Shown here: positions 41,717-52,957 of the stretch, one piece after another
How the letters are laid out: each line of letters starts with the position of its first letter
How positions within the stretch are numbered: position 1 is the first letter of the stretch
NCBI GenBank assembly: GCA_963847445.1
Contig: CAWJZV010000003.1
Span: forward strand, 1 to 64,000
DNA from: an uncultured delta proteobacterium
GTDB taxonomy: Bacteria > Desulfobacterota > Binatia > UBA9968
Length of the DNA stretch: 64,000 nt
Reading direction: 5' to 3'
The notes under the pieces: generated by a model
The model's input: the letters and a program-made list of their open reading frames with translations, nothing else
Told to the model about the DNA's origin: nothing
The model's database searches: none
Made by a program: the position numbers and the translations under genes

Positions 41717-43309
41717 CTATCGGGCACGAAAAAGATTCTTGAAAAATGACGAGAAGCCTTTCTCGAGAGTTTTCGGCAGACCGGATTCGCTGAGTTTCGC
41801 GGTGTTCAGATTCACCGACGGGTTTTCCACTGGGCCGGTGACTTTGAGCGGAACGACGACGCGGCCTTGGCGGTCTTTCAAGAAGCTCACGCTGCGGCCG
41901 CGCCCGGTGTGCGCTGAGGCTTGGGGCGACAGAGTGGTGTTAAGCAGGATGTCGAGCGCCGGTTTTTCCAGAGTCATGGTGCCGTTGCCGGTGACTTCCA
42001 TCTGCGGATTGACCAGATAGAGCCGCGAGAAATCGGCGACGCCGGCACCGATGGTGAAGTCGCCCTCCATGGTTTTGAAAGTCGTCGCTTCGCGCTGCTG
42101 GTCCGGCGTCAAACCGATCATGCCGGTGACCCGGTGAATTTTTTTGAGCAGGTTGACATTCGTGAGCTCGCCGTCGCGGGCGACCAGTTTGCCGTTGCCT
42201 TGCAAGCGCTGACTCACCCGGCCGCCGCCGAGCGGTAGGCGGAGATTGACCTCGCCGGTCAAGTTGCCCTTCAAAGCGCGCTTGCCTTTGACGTAAACGT
42301 CTTTGAAAACGCCGCGTATCTCGGTGACCAGCGCGTTCGACGGTCCGGCAACTGTCACGTTCAGCGCCATGGGCCCGGAGATTTCCGTGTCGCCGGGTGC
42401 GAGGCCGAAGACCGACAGGATCTGGAAAATCGGCTTGGCGTCGACGTCGTCGCTATTCAAGGTCAGATTAACTTTCGGCGTCGTCCCCAGGTTGCTTACG
42501 CTGCCCTGAAGCGGAAGTGTCAGATCGTAGATCTTCAAGCGGTTATTGTTGAGCTCCAGCAGCGCCTTTTCTTCCTGGTAATTCAACTGGCCTTCGAGCA
42601 CGACGGCTTTGAGTCCGGGATAGTCGAACGAGGCGCGAAACGGAAACGGCGAGTCGGCGGACATTTCTTGCAGCGACAACTCGATGCCCTTGATATTGAC
42701 CGGGGTTTGGCCTTTGGTGACCAGATTCATCTGACCGTCGCGGATGCTCATGCGGCTGGGCAGTGCCAGCGGCATGGCTTCGACCTTTTTGCCGCCGTCA
42801 GTTTTTTTCCTGACCTCACGGCGCGGTGCCGCCGGAGTTTTTTTACCGGCGATATCGGAGTAATTGAAACTGCCGTCCGCTTGCTTCAACAAATTAAAAA
42901 TCGGCTTGTCGAGCACCAGCTCGGTGACTTCGAAGCGGCCGCGCAGCAAGGGTACGAACTTCAGTTTGAGCTGTACCTGATGGGCGGCGAAGAAAGTGTT
43001 ATCGGCGTAGGACTGGCTGTCGGAGACGCGCAGCTTGGAAATTTGGATCGAAGGCGTCGGCACCAGGCGCAAGTGCACTTCGCCGACATCGATGCGCCGG
43101 CCGAGAGTGTCTTCGACGAGCGGCAGATAGGTTGCCTTAAACCGACCCAGGTCGATAAAGTGGGGCACGATGAGCAGGAGGGCGAGCAGCGCGGCAAATG
43201 CACCGCCGCCAATGAGCAGGCCTTTTTTAAACTTATTGATACCGCTAGCGAGAGCGAGTGCCGGTGTGATTGCCGTGTCTGACATGATTGGCTGCCTATC
43301 GATAACCAT
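41717..43309 (-). CDS. AsmA family protein
   Basis: N-terminal TM, LGRRI, PLLRGRFEVTELVLDKP...DGSFNY, C-terminal VPLKVTGPVENP. Confidence 0.85.
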   Translation of the reverse strand: MVIDRQPIMSDTAITPALALASGINKFKKGLLIGGGAFAALLALLLIVPHFIDLGRFKATYLPLVEDTLGRRIDVGEVHLRLVPTPSIQISKLRVSDSQSYADNTFFAAHQVQLKLKFVPLLRGRFEVTELVLDKPIFNLLKQADGSFNYSDIAGKKTPAAPRREVRKKTDGGKKVEAMPLALPSRMSIRDGQMNLVTKGQTPVNIKGIELSLQEMSADSPFPFRASFDYPGLKAVVLEGQLNYQEEKALLELNNNRLKIYDLTLPLQGSVSNLGTTPKVNLTLNSDDVDAKPIFQILSVFGLAPGDTEISGPMALNVTVAGPSNALVTEIRGVFKDVYVKGKRALKGNLTGEVNLRLPLGGGRVSQRLQGNGKLVARDGELTNVNLLKKIHRVTGMIGLTPDQQREATTFKTMEGDFTIGAGVADFSRLYLVNPQMEVTGNGTMTLEKPALDILLNTTLSPQASAHTGRGRSVSFLKDRQGRVVVPLKVTGPVENPSVNLNTAKLSESGLPKTLEKGFSSFFKNLFRAR

Positions 43310-43413
43310 TATACGTCAATAGCCGGCTAATCCAAATAATTAGATTGCGCCAGGCGGCTAGCCAGGCAAACAACTATTTGTTAGCATGCGGTCCCTGAAG
43401 GATTCACAACTGC

Positions 43414-44382
43414 TTGGAAATCGCGCTGGAAATTCTCCCCCAGGTTTTGCTCGACGGCATCGTGTTGGGTTTCATGTACGCGCTCATCGCCTTGGGCTAC
43501 ACCATGGTCTATGGGGTGCTGGAGTTCATCAACTTCGCCCATAGCGAAATATTCGTCCTGGGCGCTTTCGTCGGCGTCGAGGTGCTCTTACTGCTGCAGA
43601 GCGCCGGCCTGTTGGCGACGCTGCATCCAGGGGTTATTCTGTTACTTGTCATCGTCACCGGCATGACGATCAGCGGTCTGGCGGCGATGACGCTGGAACG
43701 GATCGCCTACCGGCCGCTCATGGGCGGACCGAGATTGGTGGCGCTGATCTCGGCCATCGGCGCTTCGTTCTTTCTTCAGGACGCCCTGCGTTTGTTCGAA
43801 AGCCTGTGGCGCAACACCTTTTATCTCAATTACCCTAGTCTGGACTTCCTCGATCATAACTTGCCGCTCACGGCGTCGTTGGTCATGCCGGTGAAGTCGT
43901 TGCTGGTGATCGTCACGGCGATCCTGACGCTGTTCGGGCTGCATTTCTTCGTCAACCGCACGCGCATGGGCATGGCGATCCGCGCCGTCGCCCAAGATCC
44001 CGACACCGCATCGCTCATGGGCGTGCCGGTCAATCGCGTCATCGCGCTGACTTTCTTCGTCGGCGGCGCGCTCGGCGGCTTGGCCGGGGTGTTGTTCGGC
44101 ATTCATTACAGTCTGGTCAATCCTTATTCCGGCTTTGTGCCGGGGATGAAGGCCTTCACCGCCGCCGTGCTCGGCGGCATCGGCAATATTCCCGGCGCCA
44201 TGGTCGGCGGCATGCTGCTCGGTCTGCTGGAAGCGTTCGCGGCGTCCTACCTTTCGCTCCTCACCGACGGCGCCTTTGGCGCCGAGTACAAAGACGTGGT
44301 GGCGTTCGTCGTCTTGATCGTGATCTTGATCTTTCGACCCAAGGGTCTGCTCGGCGAGGCGGTGCGGGAGAGCAAGGCATGA
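43414..44382 (+). CDS. livH: Branched-chain amino acid ABC permease LivH
   Basis: YALIALGYTMVYG..INFAH, GMAIRAVAQD, AFTAAVLGGIG. Confidence 0.93.
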   Translation: MEIALEILPQVLLDGIVLGFMYALIALGYTMVYGVLEFINFAHSEIFVLGAFVGVEVLLLLQSAGLLATLHPGVILLLVIVTGMTISGLAAMTLERIAYRPLMGGPRLVALISAIGASFFLQDALRLFESLWRNTFYLNYPSLDFLDHNLPLTASLVMPVKSLLVIVTAILTLFGLHFFVNRTRMGMAIRAVAQDPDTASLMGVPVNRVIALTFFVGGALGGLAGVLFGIHYSLVNPYSGFVPGMKAFTAAVLGGIGNIPGAMVGGMLLGLLEAFAASYLSLLTDGAFGAEYKDVVAFVVLIVILIFRPKGLLGEAVRESKA

Positions 44383-45626
44383 GCCGGTCACTGGCGGTGC
44401 CCGGACTCTGTCTTTACATCGCGGCGAGCTGCGTGCTCGCCTATTACTTTCCGCAGTCGGTGCTGGCGTTTTTGCTGGTCGAGGCGTCGCTGCTTTTGCT
44501 CTACTATTTCCCGGTAAGCGGCCGGGTGAAAAATCTGCTCGGCGCGCTGATGTTGTTGGTGCTGCTGCCGGTCTTAGGTTTCTCGAATGCTTATTATTTC
44601 GAGATCGCGATTCAGATCGGCATCTTCGTCGCGCTCGCCCTGGGGCTCAACATCGTCGTTGGTTTCGTCGGTTTGCTCAATCTTGGTTTCGTCGCCTTCT
44701 ATGCCATCGGCGCCTATCTATGGGCGGTGTTCGGCTCGCCGCAGGCGAACCACTTCATCGCCGGCGGCTGGTTTCCGTTGTCGCCCAATTGGTTTTTTGT
44801 TTTTCTGATTCTCAGCATTGCCGTCGGCGCCGCCACCGGCGCGCTGTTAGGACTGCCGGTGCTGCGGCTGCGCGGCGATTATCTCGCCATCGTCACGCTC
44901 GGCTTTGCCGAAGTGGTGCGCGCCCTGGTCAACAATTTAGACAAGCCGATCAATCTGACCAACGGACCCAAGGGCATCGCGCCGATCGCCAAACCGCCGC
45001 TGTTTTTTAAGCCGCTGCTGGAATTCTTCGGCGTGCAGGTTGCCGACGCCGCGCTCTATCCGCTGTATTTCTACTTTCTCGTCTTGCTGCTGGTGTTTAC
45101 GATCATTCTCGTTACTCAAAGACTGGAGAACTCGCGCGTCGGCCGGGCCTGGAAAGCGATTCGCGAGGATGAGATCGCCGCATCCGCGATGGGGGTACCC
45201 GTCGTGCGCATGAAGTTATTGGGCTTCGCCGTCGGCGCTTCGTTCGCTTCCGCCGTCGGCGTGTTGTTCGCCGCCAAGCAGGTGTTTATCAATCCCGAGA
45301 GCTTTACCTTCATGGAATCCATCGGTGTGTTGGCTATGGTTATTCTGGGCGGCATGGGCTCGGTGCCCGGTGCGATCCTCGGCGCCACCGGGGTGACGAT
45401 ACTGAATTTGCAATTGCTCAAAGGGCTATCGCTCTGGCTCAATGGCCTGCGTCAATCCGGCGCAGTGTGGTCGATCCCGCTGGTCGGCGATTTGGCGCTG
45501 GCGAACCTGCCGGCGCAGTTCGAGCCGGCCAAATATGAGCGCATGATCTTCGGCCTGATCTTGATCGTCATGATGATCTTCCGTCCCCAGGGGATTCTGC
45601 CGCCCAAGCAGGAACCGAGGAAATAA
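44379..45626 (+). CDS. livM: Branched-chain amino acid ABC permease LivM
   Basis: LGLNIVVG, RLRGDYLAIVTLGF, GRAWKAIREDE. Confidence 0.93.
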   Translation: MSRSLAVPGLCLYIAASCVLAYYFPQSVLAFLLVEASLLLLYYFPVSGRVKNLLGALMLLVLLPVLGFSNAYYFEIAIQIGIFVALALGLNIVVGFVGLLNLGFVAFYAIGAYLWAVFGSPQANHFIAGGWFPLSPNWFFVFLILSIAVGAATGALLGLPVLRLRGDYLAIVTLGFAEVVRALVNNLDKPINLTNGPKGIAPIAKPPLFFKPLLEFFGVQVADAALYPLYFYFLVLLLVFTIILVTQRLENSRVGRAWKAIREDEIAASAMGVPVVRMKLLGFAVGASFASAVGVLFAAKQVFINPESFTFMESIGVLAMVILGGMGSVPGAILGATGVTILNLQLLKGLSLWLNGLRQSGAVWSIPLVGDLALANLPAQFEPAKYERMIFGLILIVMMIFRPQGILPPKQEPRK

Positions 45627-45629
45627 CCA

Positions 45630-45825
45630 AGGAAAATTCGAAATCCGCAAATGCGCAACAAATCCAAATGACCAAAGACGCAATGTTCCAATCAACCCGA
45701 GCGGATGCCTCGTTTTGGAATTGCTCGGGTTTTGTCTTATTTGGCTGCGGTTTGTTTCGGATGATTCGATATTCGGATTTCGGCATTTTGATTAAAGTAT
45801 GCTTGGCGTCTTTGCGCGAGATACT
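45630..45825. repeat. Intergenic imperfect inverted-repeat insert inside liv operon
   Basis: gaaaattcgaaatccgcaaat... mirrored by ...attcgatattcggatttcggcatttt; internal CCCGAGC/GCTCGGG stem; ends in a cttggcgtctttgcgcga repeat. Confidence 0.6.
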
Positions 45826-45870
45826 TTTATACGACTGCCAGCGGCAAGAAGTGGTAAGTAGGAACTGAAG

Positions 45871-46656
45871 ATGGCACTGCTCGAACTGCGCGACATCTCC
45901 AAACGCTTTGGCGGCCTGCAAGCGCTGTCGCTGGTTAGCATGAAGATCGAAGAGGGGATGATCGCATCGCTCATCGGTCCCAACGGCGCCGGCAAGACGA
46001 CGCTGTTCAATACCCTGACCGGGATCTACCGGCCGGACCAGGGCGAGATTCGTTTCCAAGAACGGTCGTTAATCGGTTTGAAGCCTGAGTCGATTACCGG
46101 CGCGGGGATCAGCCGGACGTTTCAAAATATCCGGCTGTTCGCGCATATGAGCGTGCTCGACAATGTCTTGGTCGGCATGCACACCCGTCTGCACTCGAGC
46201 TTGGCGGATATTTTTCTGGCGTCGAAAAGATTTCATGCCGGCGAAAAGGCGGCGCGCCAGCGCGCCCACGAGCTGATCGAGCTTACCGGCCTCGGCGGCC
46301 GTGAAAACGAATGGGCGCAGCAGCTTTCTTACGGCGAACAGCGCCGCCTGGAAATCGCCCGGGCATTGGCGGCGGCACCGCAGTTGCTTTTGCTCGACGA
46401 GCCGACCGCCGGGATGAACGCCAGCGAGGCGCAGTCGTTGATGGCGCTGTTCAAAGAGCTCATGGGCCGCTACGTCAAGGCGATCCTCTTGATCGAACAT
46501 AACATGCGCGTGGTCATGGGCGTGTCGGACTGCGTCCATGTGCTCGACTACGGCGAGAAGATCGCCGAGGGCAATCCCGACGAAGTACGCCAAGATCCGC
46601 GCGTCATCGAAGCTTATCTGGGAACCGGCGATTGGTTGAAAAATGCTCAACGTTGA
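45871..46656 (+). CDS. livG: Branched-chain amino acid ABC ATPase LivG
   Basis: GPNGAGKTT, RTFQNIRLF, LSYGEQRRLE, LLDEP, IEH. Confidence 0.94.
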   Translation: MALLELRDISKRFGGLQALSLVSMKIEEGMIASLIGPNGAGKTTLFNTLTGIYRPDQGEIRFQERSLIGLKPESITGAGISRTFQNIRLFAHMSVLDNVLVGMHTRLHSSLADIFLASKRFHAGEKAARQRAHELIELTGLGGRENEWAQQLSYGEQRRLEIARALAAAPQLLLLDEPTAGMNASEAQSLMALFKELMGRYVKAILLIEHNMRVVMGVSDCVHVLDYGEKIAEGNPDEVRQDPRVIEAYLGTGDWLKNAQR

Positions 46657-47345
46657 CGCCATCCACGTCTACTACGACGCGATTCACGCGCTCAAAGGCG
46701 TCTCCTTCAGCGTCGCGCAGGGCGAGTTGGTCACGCTGCTCGGCGGCAACGGCGCGGGCAAGACGACGACGTTGAAGACTCTCTCCGGTCTGCTCCGGCC
46801 GCGTAGCGGCGCGATTAAGCTGGAAGATGAAACGCTCAGCGCCGTGGAGCCCCATGAGATCGTCGGCCGCGGCGTCGCCCATGTGCCCGAGGGACGAAAA
46901 GTTTTTCCCCGCTTCACGGTGCTGGAAAATCTCCAGATCGGCGGCTACACGCGGGCGAAAAACGCGCTTCGGCGCCGAGTTGGATTTCGTCTATCAGATG
47001 TTTCCGCGTTTGAAAGAACGGCAAAAACAATACGCCGGCACGCTGTCCGGCGGCGAGCAGCAGATGCTCGCCATCGGCCGCGCCCTGATGACCAAGCCGA
47101 AGCTGCTTCTACTCGACGAACCGTCCATGGGACTGGCGCCGAAGATCGTCGAGCAAATTCTCGAAAACATCCGAGAGATCAATAAGGCCGGCGTGACCGT
47201 ATTGCTCGTCGAGCAAAACGCCGCCATGGCGCTGGCGATCTCGCACCGCGGTTATGTGCTCGAGACCGGCTCGGTGATTCTCGAAGGCAAGGCGAGCGAG
47301 TTGGCGGGCAATGATCTGGTGCGCCAGGCGTACTTGGGCGGATAG
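46643..47345 (+). CDS. livF: Branched-chain amino acid ABC ATPase LivF (one frameshift)
   Basis: GGNGAGKTT and VPEGR in one frame; [20 protein letters not shown] in another. Confidence 0.92.
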
Positions 47346-47359
47346 CGGCTTATGGGAGG

Positions 47360-47660
47360 AAAAGGATTTAACCACAAAGAGCCTAGCGCGGCTGCGCCGC
47401 AACCGAAAAGAAGATGGCCGCAAAGACGCAAAGAGCGCAAAGAATATCGGGAGTCGTAGGAACGGGTTTGAAACCCGCCCTCTTGGCTTTGGCGCATCGA
47501 GAAATTTGCGCAAGCCGCGCAAACTATCACGGATAGTAGTACAAAGGCGAAGTTTCGGACTCGGAGAGTTGCGCACCTTCGACAGTGCTCAGGGCGATCG
47601 GGCGCAAAGGCGCAGAGAGAATTGGCGCGGTAGGGGCGGGTTTAAACCCGCCCTCTTGAT
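47360..47660. repeat. Mosaic cluster of REP-like repeats
   Basis: Two GTAG-REPs (47456-47483, 47630-47656), CGCAAAG tandem units, TTTGCGC-AAGCC-GCGCAAA hairpin, CCTTCGACAGTGCTCAGG motif. Confidence 0.75.
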
Positions 47661-47699
47661 CTTTTAACCGAGCCGAATAACCGTTAGAGCTCTAAGACA

Positions 47700-48426
47700 A
47701 TGCAATATCAAACCCGACAGATGAGTTTCGGCGGCGGCAGTGTGACGCCGGCGGTGAAGTTTCTGCTGATCGCCAACGTCGGGATGTTTGTCGTGCAGAC
47801 CGTCATTGGCCTTGGCACGCGACTTCCCGCTGAGCCTTTACCTCGGTCTGGTGCCGCAGTTGGTTCTCAATCAGTTTTACCTCTGGCAGCTGTTTACCTA
47901 CCAGTTTCTCCACGGCGGGCTGTTTCATCTGCTGTTCAACATGCTGGCGCTGTGGATGTTCGGCTGCGATCTGGAGCGGCGCTGGGGCAGCGCAGTTTTT
48001 TCTCAAATATTATTTCGTCACGGTTATCGGCGGCGCCATCTTAAATGTCATTTTCTTGCCCAATCAGCTCGGGCCGAGCATCGGCGCATCCGCCGGTATC
48101 TACGGACTGTTGCTCGCCTACGGGTTGATCTATCCCGGAGCGCATCGTTTATTTTTATTTTCTGTTTCCGATCAAGATGAAACACTTCGTCTGGATCATC
48201 GGCGCCATCGCGGTGTATTCGTCGGTTACTTCGGGCCAAAGCGGCATCGCTCACCTCGCCCATCTCGGCGGCATGGTGTTCGGTTATATCTACCTGCGCG
48301 GCGGCATCAATCCATGGGACCAGTTCAAAGATTTACCTCGACCGCCGCCGTCTCAACCGCCTGAAAAAACGCTTCCAAGTCTTCCCTGGCGGCAAAGACG
48401 ACGACCGCGGGCCGACGGTGCATTGA
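47700..48426 (+). CDS. Rhomboid family intramembrane serine protease (frameshifted)
   Basis: WQLFTYQFLH, HLLFNM, GASAG (catalytic Ser), AHLAHLGG (catalytic His). Confidence 0.88.
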
Positions 48427-48492
48427 AGTAAATCGGCCGCAGACTCATAAGACCGCCGACTTCTCGATAGTTTTGAATCGGGCTCGATCTCA

Positions 48493-49360
48493 CTAGATCT
48501 TCTCCCACGAAATCAGAAACACGCCGACAATCACCAGCACGGTCGCGCCGACTTTTCTCGGCGTGAGTTTCTCGACATCTTTCAGCAGCAGCGCCGACAG
48601 CGGCAGGACGAAGAGCGACGAGCCGTTGATCAGCGGGGAGATCAGCGAGACGCGTTCCATGCTGAGGGCGGTGTAGGCGAAGGCGTAGGAGAGAAAATTC
48701 AGAAAACCGGCGGCGGCGAAGAGCTGGTAGCCTTTGCGGGCGGTGGCTGGCAGGGGCTTTTTTTCTTCGAACAGCAAGTACAACAGCGACATGGTGAGGA
48801 ATGACGTGGTGGCGGCGATGGTGGCGCCGACCAGCGGCGAATAGATTTTCAGCAAGCCGAAGCGGACCATGTTGTCGCGGGCGGCGAAGAGAAAGGCGGC
48901 GGTTAGCGGAAACAGCAGGTCGCGGCTGCGCCAGGTCTTGCTCGTGCCTTTCCAGCTGAGTGAGACGATGCCGACGACGATGGAAAACGTGCCTAACAGA
49001 TTGGTCAGGCTCGGCCGCTCTTGGAGAAACGACACGGCGAACAGGGTGGCGAAGAGCGGCGTGCTGTTGGTCAAACAGGATGTGATCGACGCGCCGAGCC
49101 GTTCCATGCCTTTGAACATGAAAAAGCGCGCGATGCCGGGGACGAAGATGCCGACGAGAACGAAAATCAGATTGGCGGGTAGCCACAGCTCGATGCGGTC
49201 GACAAACAGCCAGATGTAAGAGCCAGAGAAACAGCGCGTTGACGCCCAGGTTGGTGAGCAGGCCGCGAAAGTAATCGATGACCAGAACGCCGCGGTTGAT
49301 CAGCACCATCGATAGGGCGAACCAGAAGGAGGCGAATAAACCGAAGATAATCGCGAGCAT
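48493..49360 (-). CDS. DMT/EamA family transporter (frameshifted)
   Basis: Two EamA repeats (FLQERP; LLKDVEKLT); about 10 TM segments. Confidence 0.85.
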
Positions 49361-49514
49361 GATGGATTGCCGGTGACCTTATCGTGAGGTGGATACGGGT
49401 GCAATTCGGCAAATCTGCCCTGTCGTTGCCGGTCGCCCGTTAAGATGTAGCCTTCTCAACGTCTAACATTTTGCATTGCTACGCCGAAGCCGAGGATGTC
49501 GTAGGGAGGCAGAA

Positions 49515-49937
49515 ATGAAACCGATTCTCAGCGCGATAACGATATTAGCTCTCGGGTTGGTCCTCGCGGGCGAGGTCGGCGCGGGACCGCGGCGAGCGAT
49601 GGTCGCGCCGCGCGCCAACTCTGGCGTAACGTTCTTTGCCGGCGGCGCTTCCAATCGGGTGGTTGTCCAGCGCCAATTTTATGGCGCTTATCCCTATTAT
49701 TCATATTATCAGCCCTATTATCCGCCGGTGGTGGTGATTTCACCTTACGCGCAATCGTACATCCTGCCGCCGACGGTGGTGGTTACTGCGCCGTATTTCT
49801 GCGTGCTGCACAACGAAGGTTATGTCAGCCGGGTCGGCCTGCTCGATCATCTCGCCGGCACCCACAAGATTCCCCTTGATGCGGCGACAAGTCTGTGTCC
49901 TGACGGCGGCGCGAGCTGCATGTTTCCTTCTTATTAG
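49515..49937 (+). CDS. Secreted Tyr/Pro-rich protein with C2H2-like (C-H-H-H) finger
   Basis: GGGAGG RBS; signal peptide; YFCVLHNEGYVSRVGLLDHLAGTH. Confidence 0.7.
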   Translation: MKPILSAITILALGLVLAGEVGAGPRRAMVAPRANSGVTFFAGGASNRVVVQRQFYGAYPYYSYYQPYYPPVVVISPYAQSYILPPTVVVTAPYFCVLHNEGYVSRVGLLDHLAGTHKIPLDAATSLCPDGGASCMFPSY

Positions 49938-50033
49938 ATTTCACGGTCGGCAGTTTTGTCATCTGTCGATCCTCAGTGGCGATTGCGGTATAGGTTGAAG
50001 AACGTCTTGTCGTGCAAAGACAACCTCAATCCT

Positions 50034-51420
50034 ATGGACCAACTGCGCGAAAAACTCACGAAGATCATCGAGCCGGAGCGGATCTCGGCGAATGCTGAAT
50101 ATTTGGACGAGCTTTCTTGGGACGCACTGAGTGAAGGCCGTTTCCATCCACACCATCAGCCGGAACTCGCGTCGCCGTTATGCGCGGTGGCGCCGGTTTC
50201 GACTGACGAGGTGCAAAAGCTGGTTCGTTTCGCCAATCAAGAAAAGTTGTCAATCGTGCCGTTCGGCGGCGGCTCGGGATTGATGGGCGGCGCGTTGTCG
50301 ATTCGCCCCGGACTCGTGATCGACTTGCGGCGGATGAACCGTATTTTCGACATCGATAGCGAGTCTCGTTCCGCGCGCGTCCAGGCGGGCGCGGTGCTCG
50401 AAGCCGTCGATCTCGCGCTCAATCAAGCCGGCTTTGATCTTGGGCCATGATCCCTGGACGGTGCCGGTGGCGACTATCGGCGGGGCGATCTCGACCAATA
50501 GTGTCGGTTATCGTGCCGGTATTTACGGCTCCATGGGCGAGCAGGTTCTGGGCTTGGAAGCCGTCATGCCAAACGGCGAGGTCTTGCAGCACCCGGCCGG
50601 TGGCAAAACACTCGGCGGGGTTGAATCTCAATTCGCTCCTCATCGGTGGCGAGGGTTGTTTCGGCATCATCACCGAGGCGACGATTCGCATCTTTCCTGA
50701 AACCTGAGGCGAGGCTGTTTCGCGGCTATCTTTTCGCGATCGTTCGAGCAGGGGTACGGCGCGATTCAGGAAATGTTTCAACGGCGGCTGCGGCCGGCAA
50801 TGCTCGACTTCGGCGACGATGCGGAGAAGCATGGCGGCGCGATTCTTTATTTGGTCTTCGAGGGCAATCAAGAGTTGACCGCAGTCGAGGAGAGAGCAGG
50901 CGGTAGCGCTATGTCACGCCCATGGCGGTAAAGAGCTTGCCCCGCAGCGATGCCGAGCAGTTTTGGCGCGAGCGCCACGAGATCGCCAGGCGGTTTGCGC
51001 GCAATCGCCGCCAGCGGCGCGAGCGCGGCCGGGATGGGATTTATCGCGATTGGATCCATGTCGCGCTGCCGAGTTCGAAAGTCTTGGCTTTCCGCAGCGC
51101 CGCCCAGGAGATCGTCGAGCGCCATGGCGTGCGTTTACAAGAAAGCGGTTTATGGGTGCAGCCGGAACTTTTCTCCATGCGGCTGGGCGCCGAAGATGGC
51201 GCGGTCGCCAATGCGCAGCTGGCGTTGGAGGAGGCGATCGAAGAGCTTTTGCGCTTGGTTCAACAAATCGGCGGTTCGATGGAGTACACCCATGGCGTCG
51301 GCGTCAAACTCGCGCCGCTGATGGCCGAGGAGCATGGCTACGGTTTACAAGTGATGCGCCAGATTAAGACAGACTCTCGATCCCAACAACGTTCTCAATC
51401 CGGGGAAAATGGGCTTGTAG
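50034..51420 (+). CDS. FAD-binding oxidoreductase, GlcD/FAD_binding_4 family (multiple frameshifts)
   Basis: PFGGGSGLMGG, ATIGG, GGEGCFGIITE, HGVG, DP..LNPGKM. Confidence 0.88.
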
Positions 51421-51538
51421 TTTGACGTTCTCAAGCTGTGGTCAACGTCTAACTTTCAGCGCCAGGGATTTCTTGCGCCGGTCGATTCTAAACGCTATTT
51501 TTTGATTGAAGCTACTCACATCGCCATCAGGGGTGTCT

Positions 51539-52795
51539 ATGAAAAAATGGCTCATGTTGTTTTACGTCGGATTGTTTGTTTGGAGCTGTTCCGCCGCGCC
51601 CTATACCGGCCGCCGTCAGGTGATCTTGGTTTCCGAGGGACAGGAAATCGCGCTCGGTGACGATGCCTACAAACATGTGCTGCGCGATAGCGTGATCACG
51701 CGCAGCCCGGAGGCCGAGCGGATTGTTCGCAAAGTCGGCGAGCGCATCGCCGCGGTGGCGAATAAGCCCGATTACAAGTGGGAGTTCACGGTGATCAACG
51801 ATCCGGAGATGGTCAATGCCTTCGCCGTCCCCGGCGGCAAGGTCGCGGCTTACACCGGGATCTTCGGGCCGGCGCGGGATGAGGCGGGTTTGGCGGTGGT
51901 GCTTGGGCCATGAGGTTGCCCATGCTCTGGCGCGTCATCCCGCCGAGCGCATGAGCCAAGGATGCTCTTGCAATTGGGCGGTGTCGGCCTCGGCGTTGCG
52001 CTGGGAAAAAATCCGGCGATGGCCAATCAAGTTTTGCAGGCCTACGGAATTGTCGGCGGTGTCGGCGTTGCTCTGCCGTTCGGCCGCTCGCAAGAAACCG
52101 AAGCGGATCGCATCGGCTTAATCCTCATGGCCAAGGCGGGTTATGACCCGCGCGTTGCCGTCGACCTGTGGCAGCGCATGGAAAGTCGATGGAAAAGAAG
52201 GATGGCGCCAAGGGCCGGCCGCCAGAGTTTCTTTCGACTCACCCGGGCTACGAAACCCGGGTGCAAAATATTCGTTCGTTCTTGCCGGAAGCTTTGTCGT
52301 ATTATCAGCCGAGCAACGCGCGACTTGAAACCTCTGCCGTCGCCGGAATCATTGGACACGCCGGCGGCCAAGTCCGAGCGTGAACTGCTCAAGCGCATCG
52401 AGGCGATCAATCGCGCCGTTGAGCAGCAGAACGGCGAGCGCGCGGTGGTTGAGGCTTTGGCTTATGAGCTACGGCTGAGTCCACAGTCGACTGGTTCAGG
52501 AGCGGCAGCAGCTCCAGATCGGTTATGGCCAGTACGCGGCGTTGCGCGGTGTGGCGTTTCTTGGCCGCGGTTCACTTAGTCGGGTCGTCGGACGATTATC
52601 AACGTGGCCGGCCATGGTCGGAAATCGCGTCCGACTAACGGCACGCGACTGAACGAACTGATGGTTTGGCTTGGCGATGTGATTCGCACGACTAACAACA
52701 TGGGGCAGCAACTGCAACGGCAACCAGCGCGGCAGATGCTGACGGCTATGGATGCGTTTGGTACCGGAAGAGACGAGCGCGACGAACGTTACTGA
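51539..52795 (+). CDS. M48 family metallopeptidase lipoprotein with C-terminal extension (frameshifted)
   Basis: Lipobox-like VWSC, NAFAVPGGK, HEVAH, ETEADRIG, FLSTHP. Confidence 0.88.
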
Positions 52796-52930
52796 GGTTG
52801 CTTGTCGGCACCCATCGCTTTGACAAAGGCCGCGATTTTGTATAAGAAATTTCATACTAGGGGATCATCGCCGGAGTGATTAGAAGAGCACTTAAACATA
52901 TTTCCAATAAAATGCATTGCAAGTCTAAAC

Positions 52931-52957
52931 ATGCACCCAACTGGGTGCATTTTTTTT
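52931..52957 (+). terminator. Intrinsic terminator-like hairpin
   Basis: ATGCACCC-AACT-GGGTGCAT followed by a T run. Confidence 0.65.

Noticed and set aside
43414-47345. Absence of a livK/livJ binding protein in the liv operon
   Set aside because: Binding proteins are commonly encoded elsewhere; not unusual.
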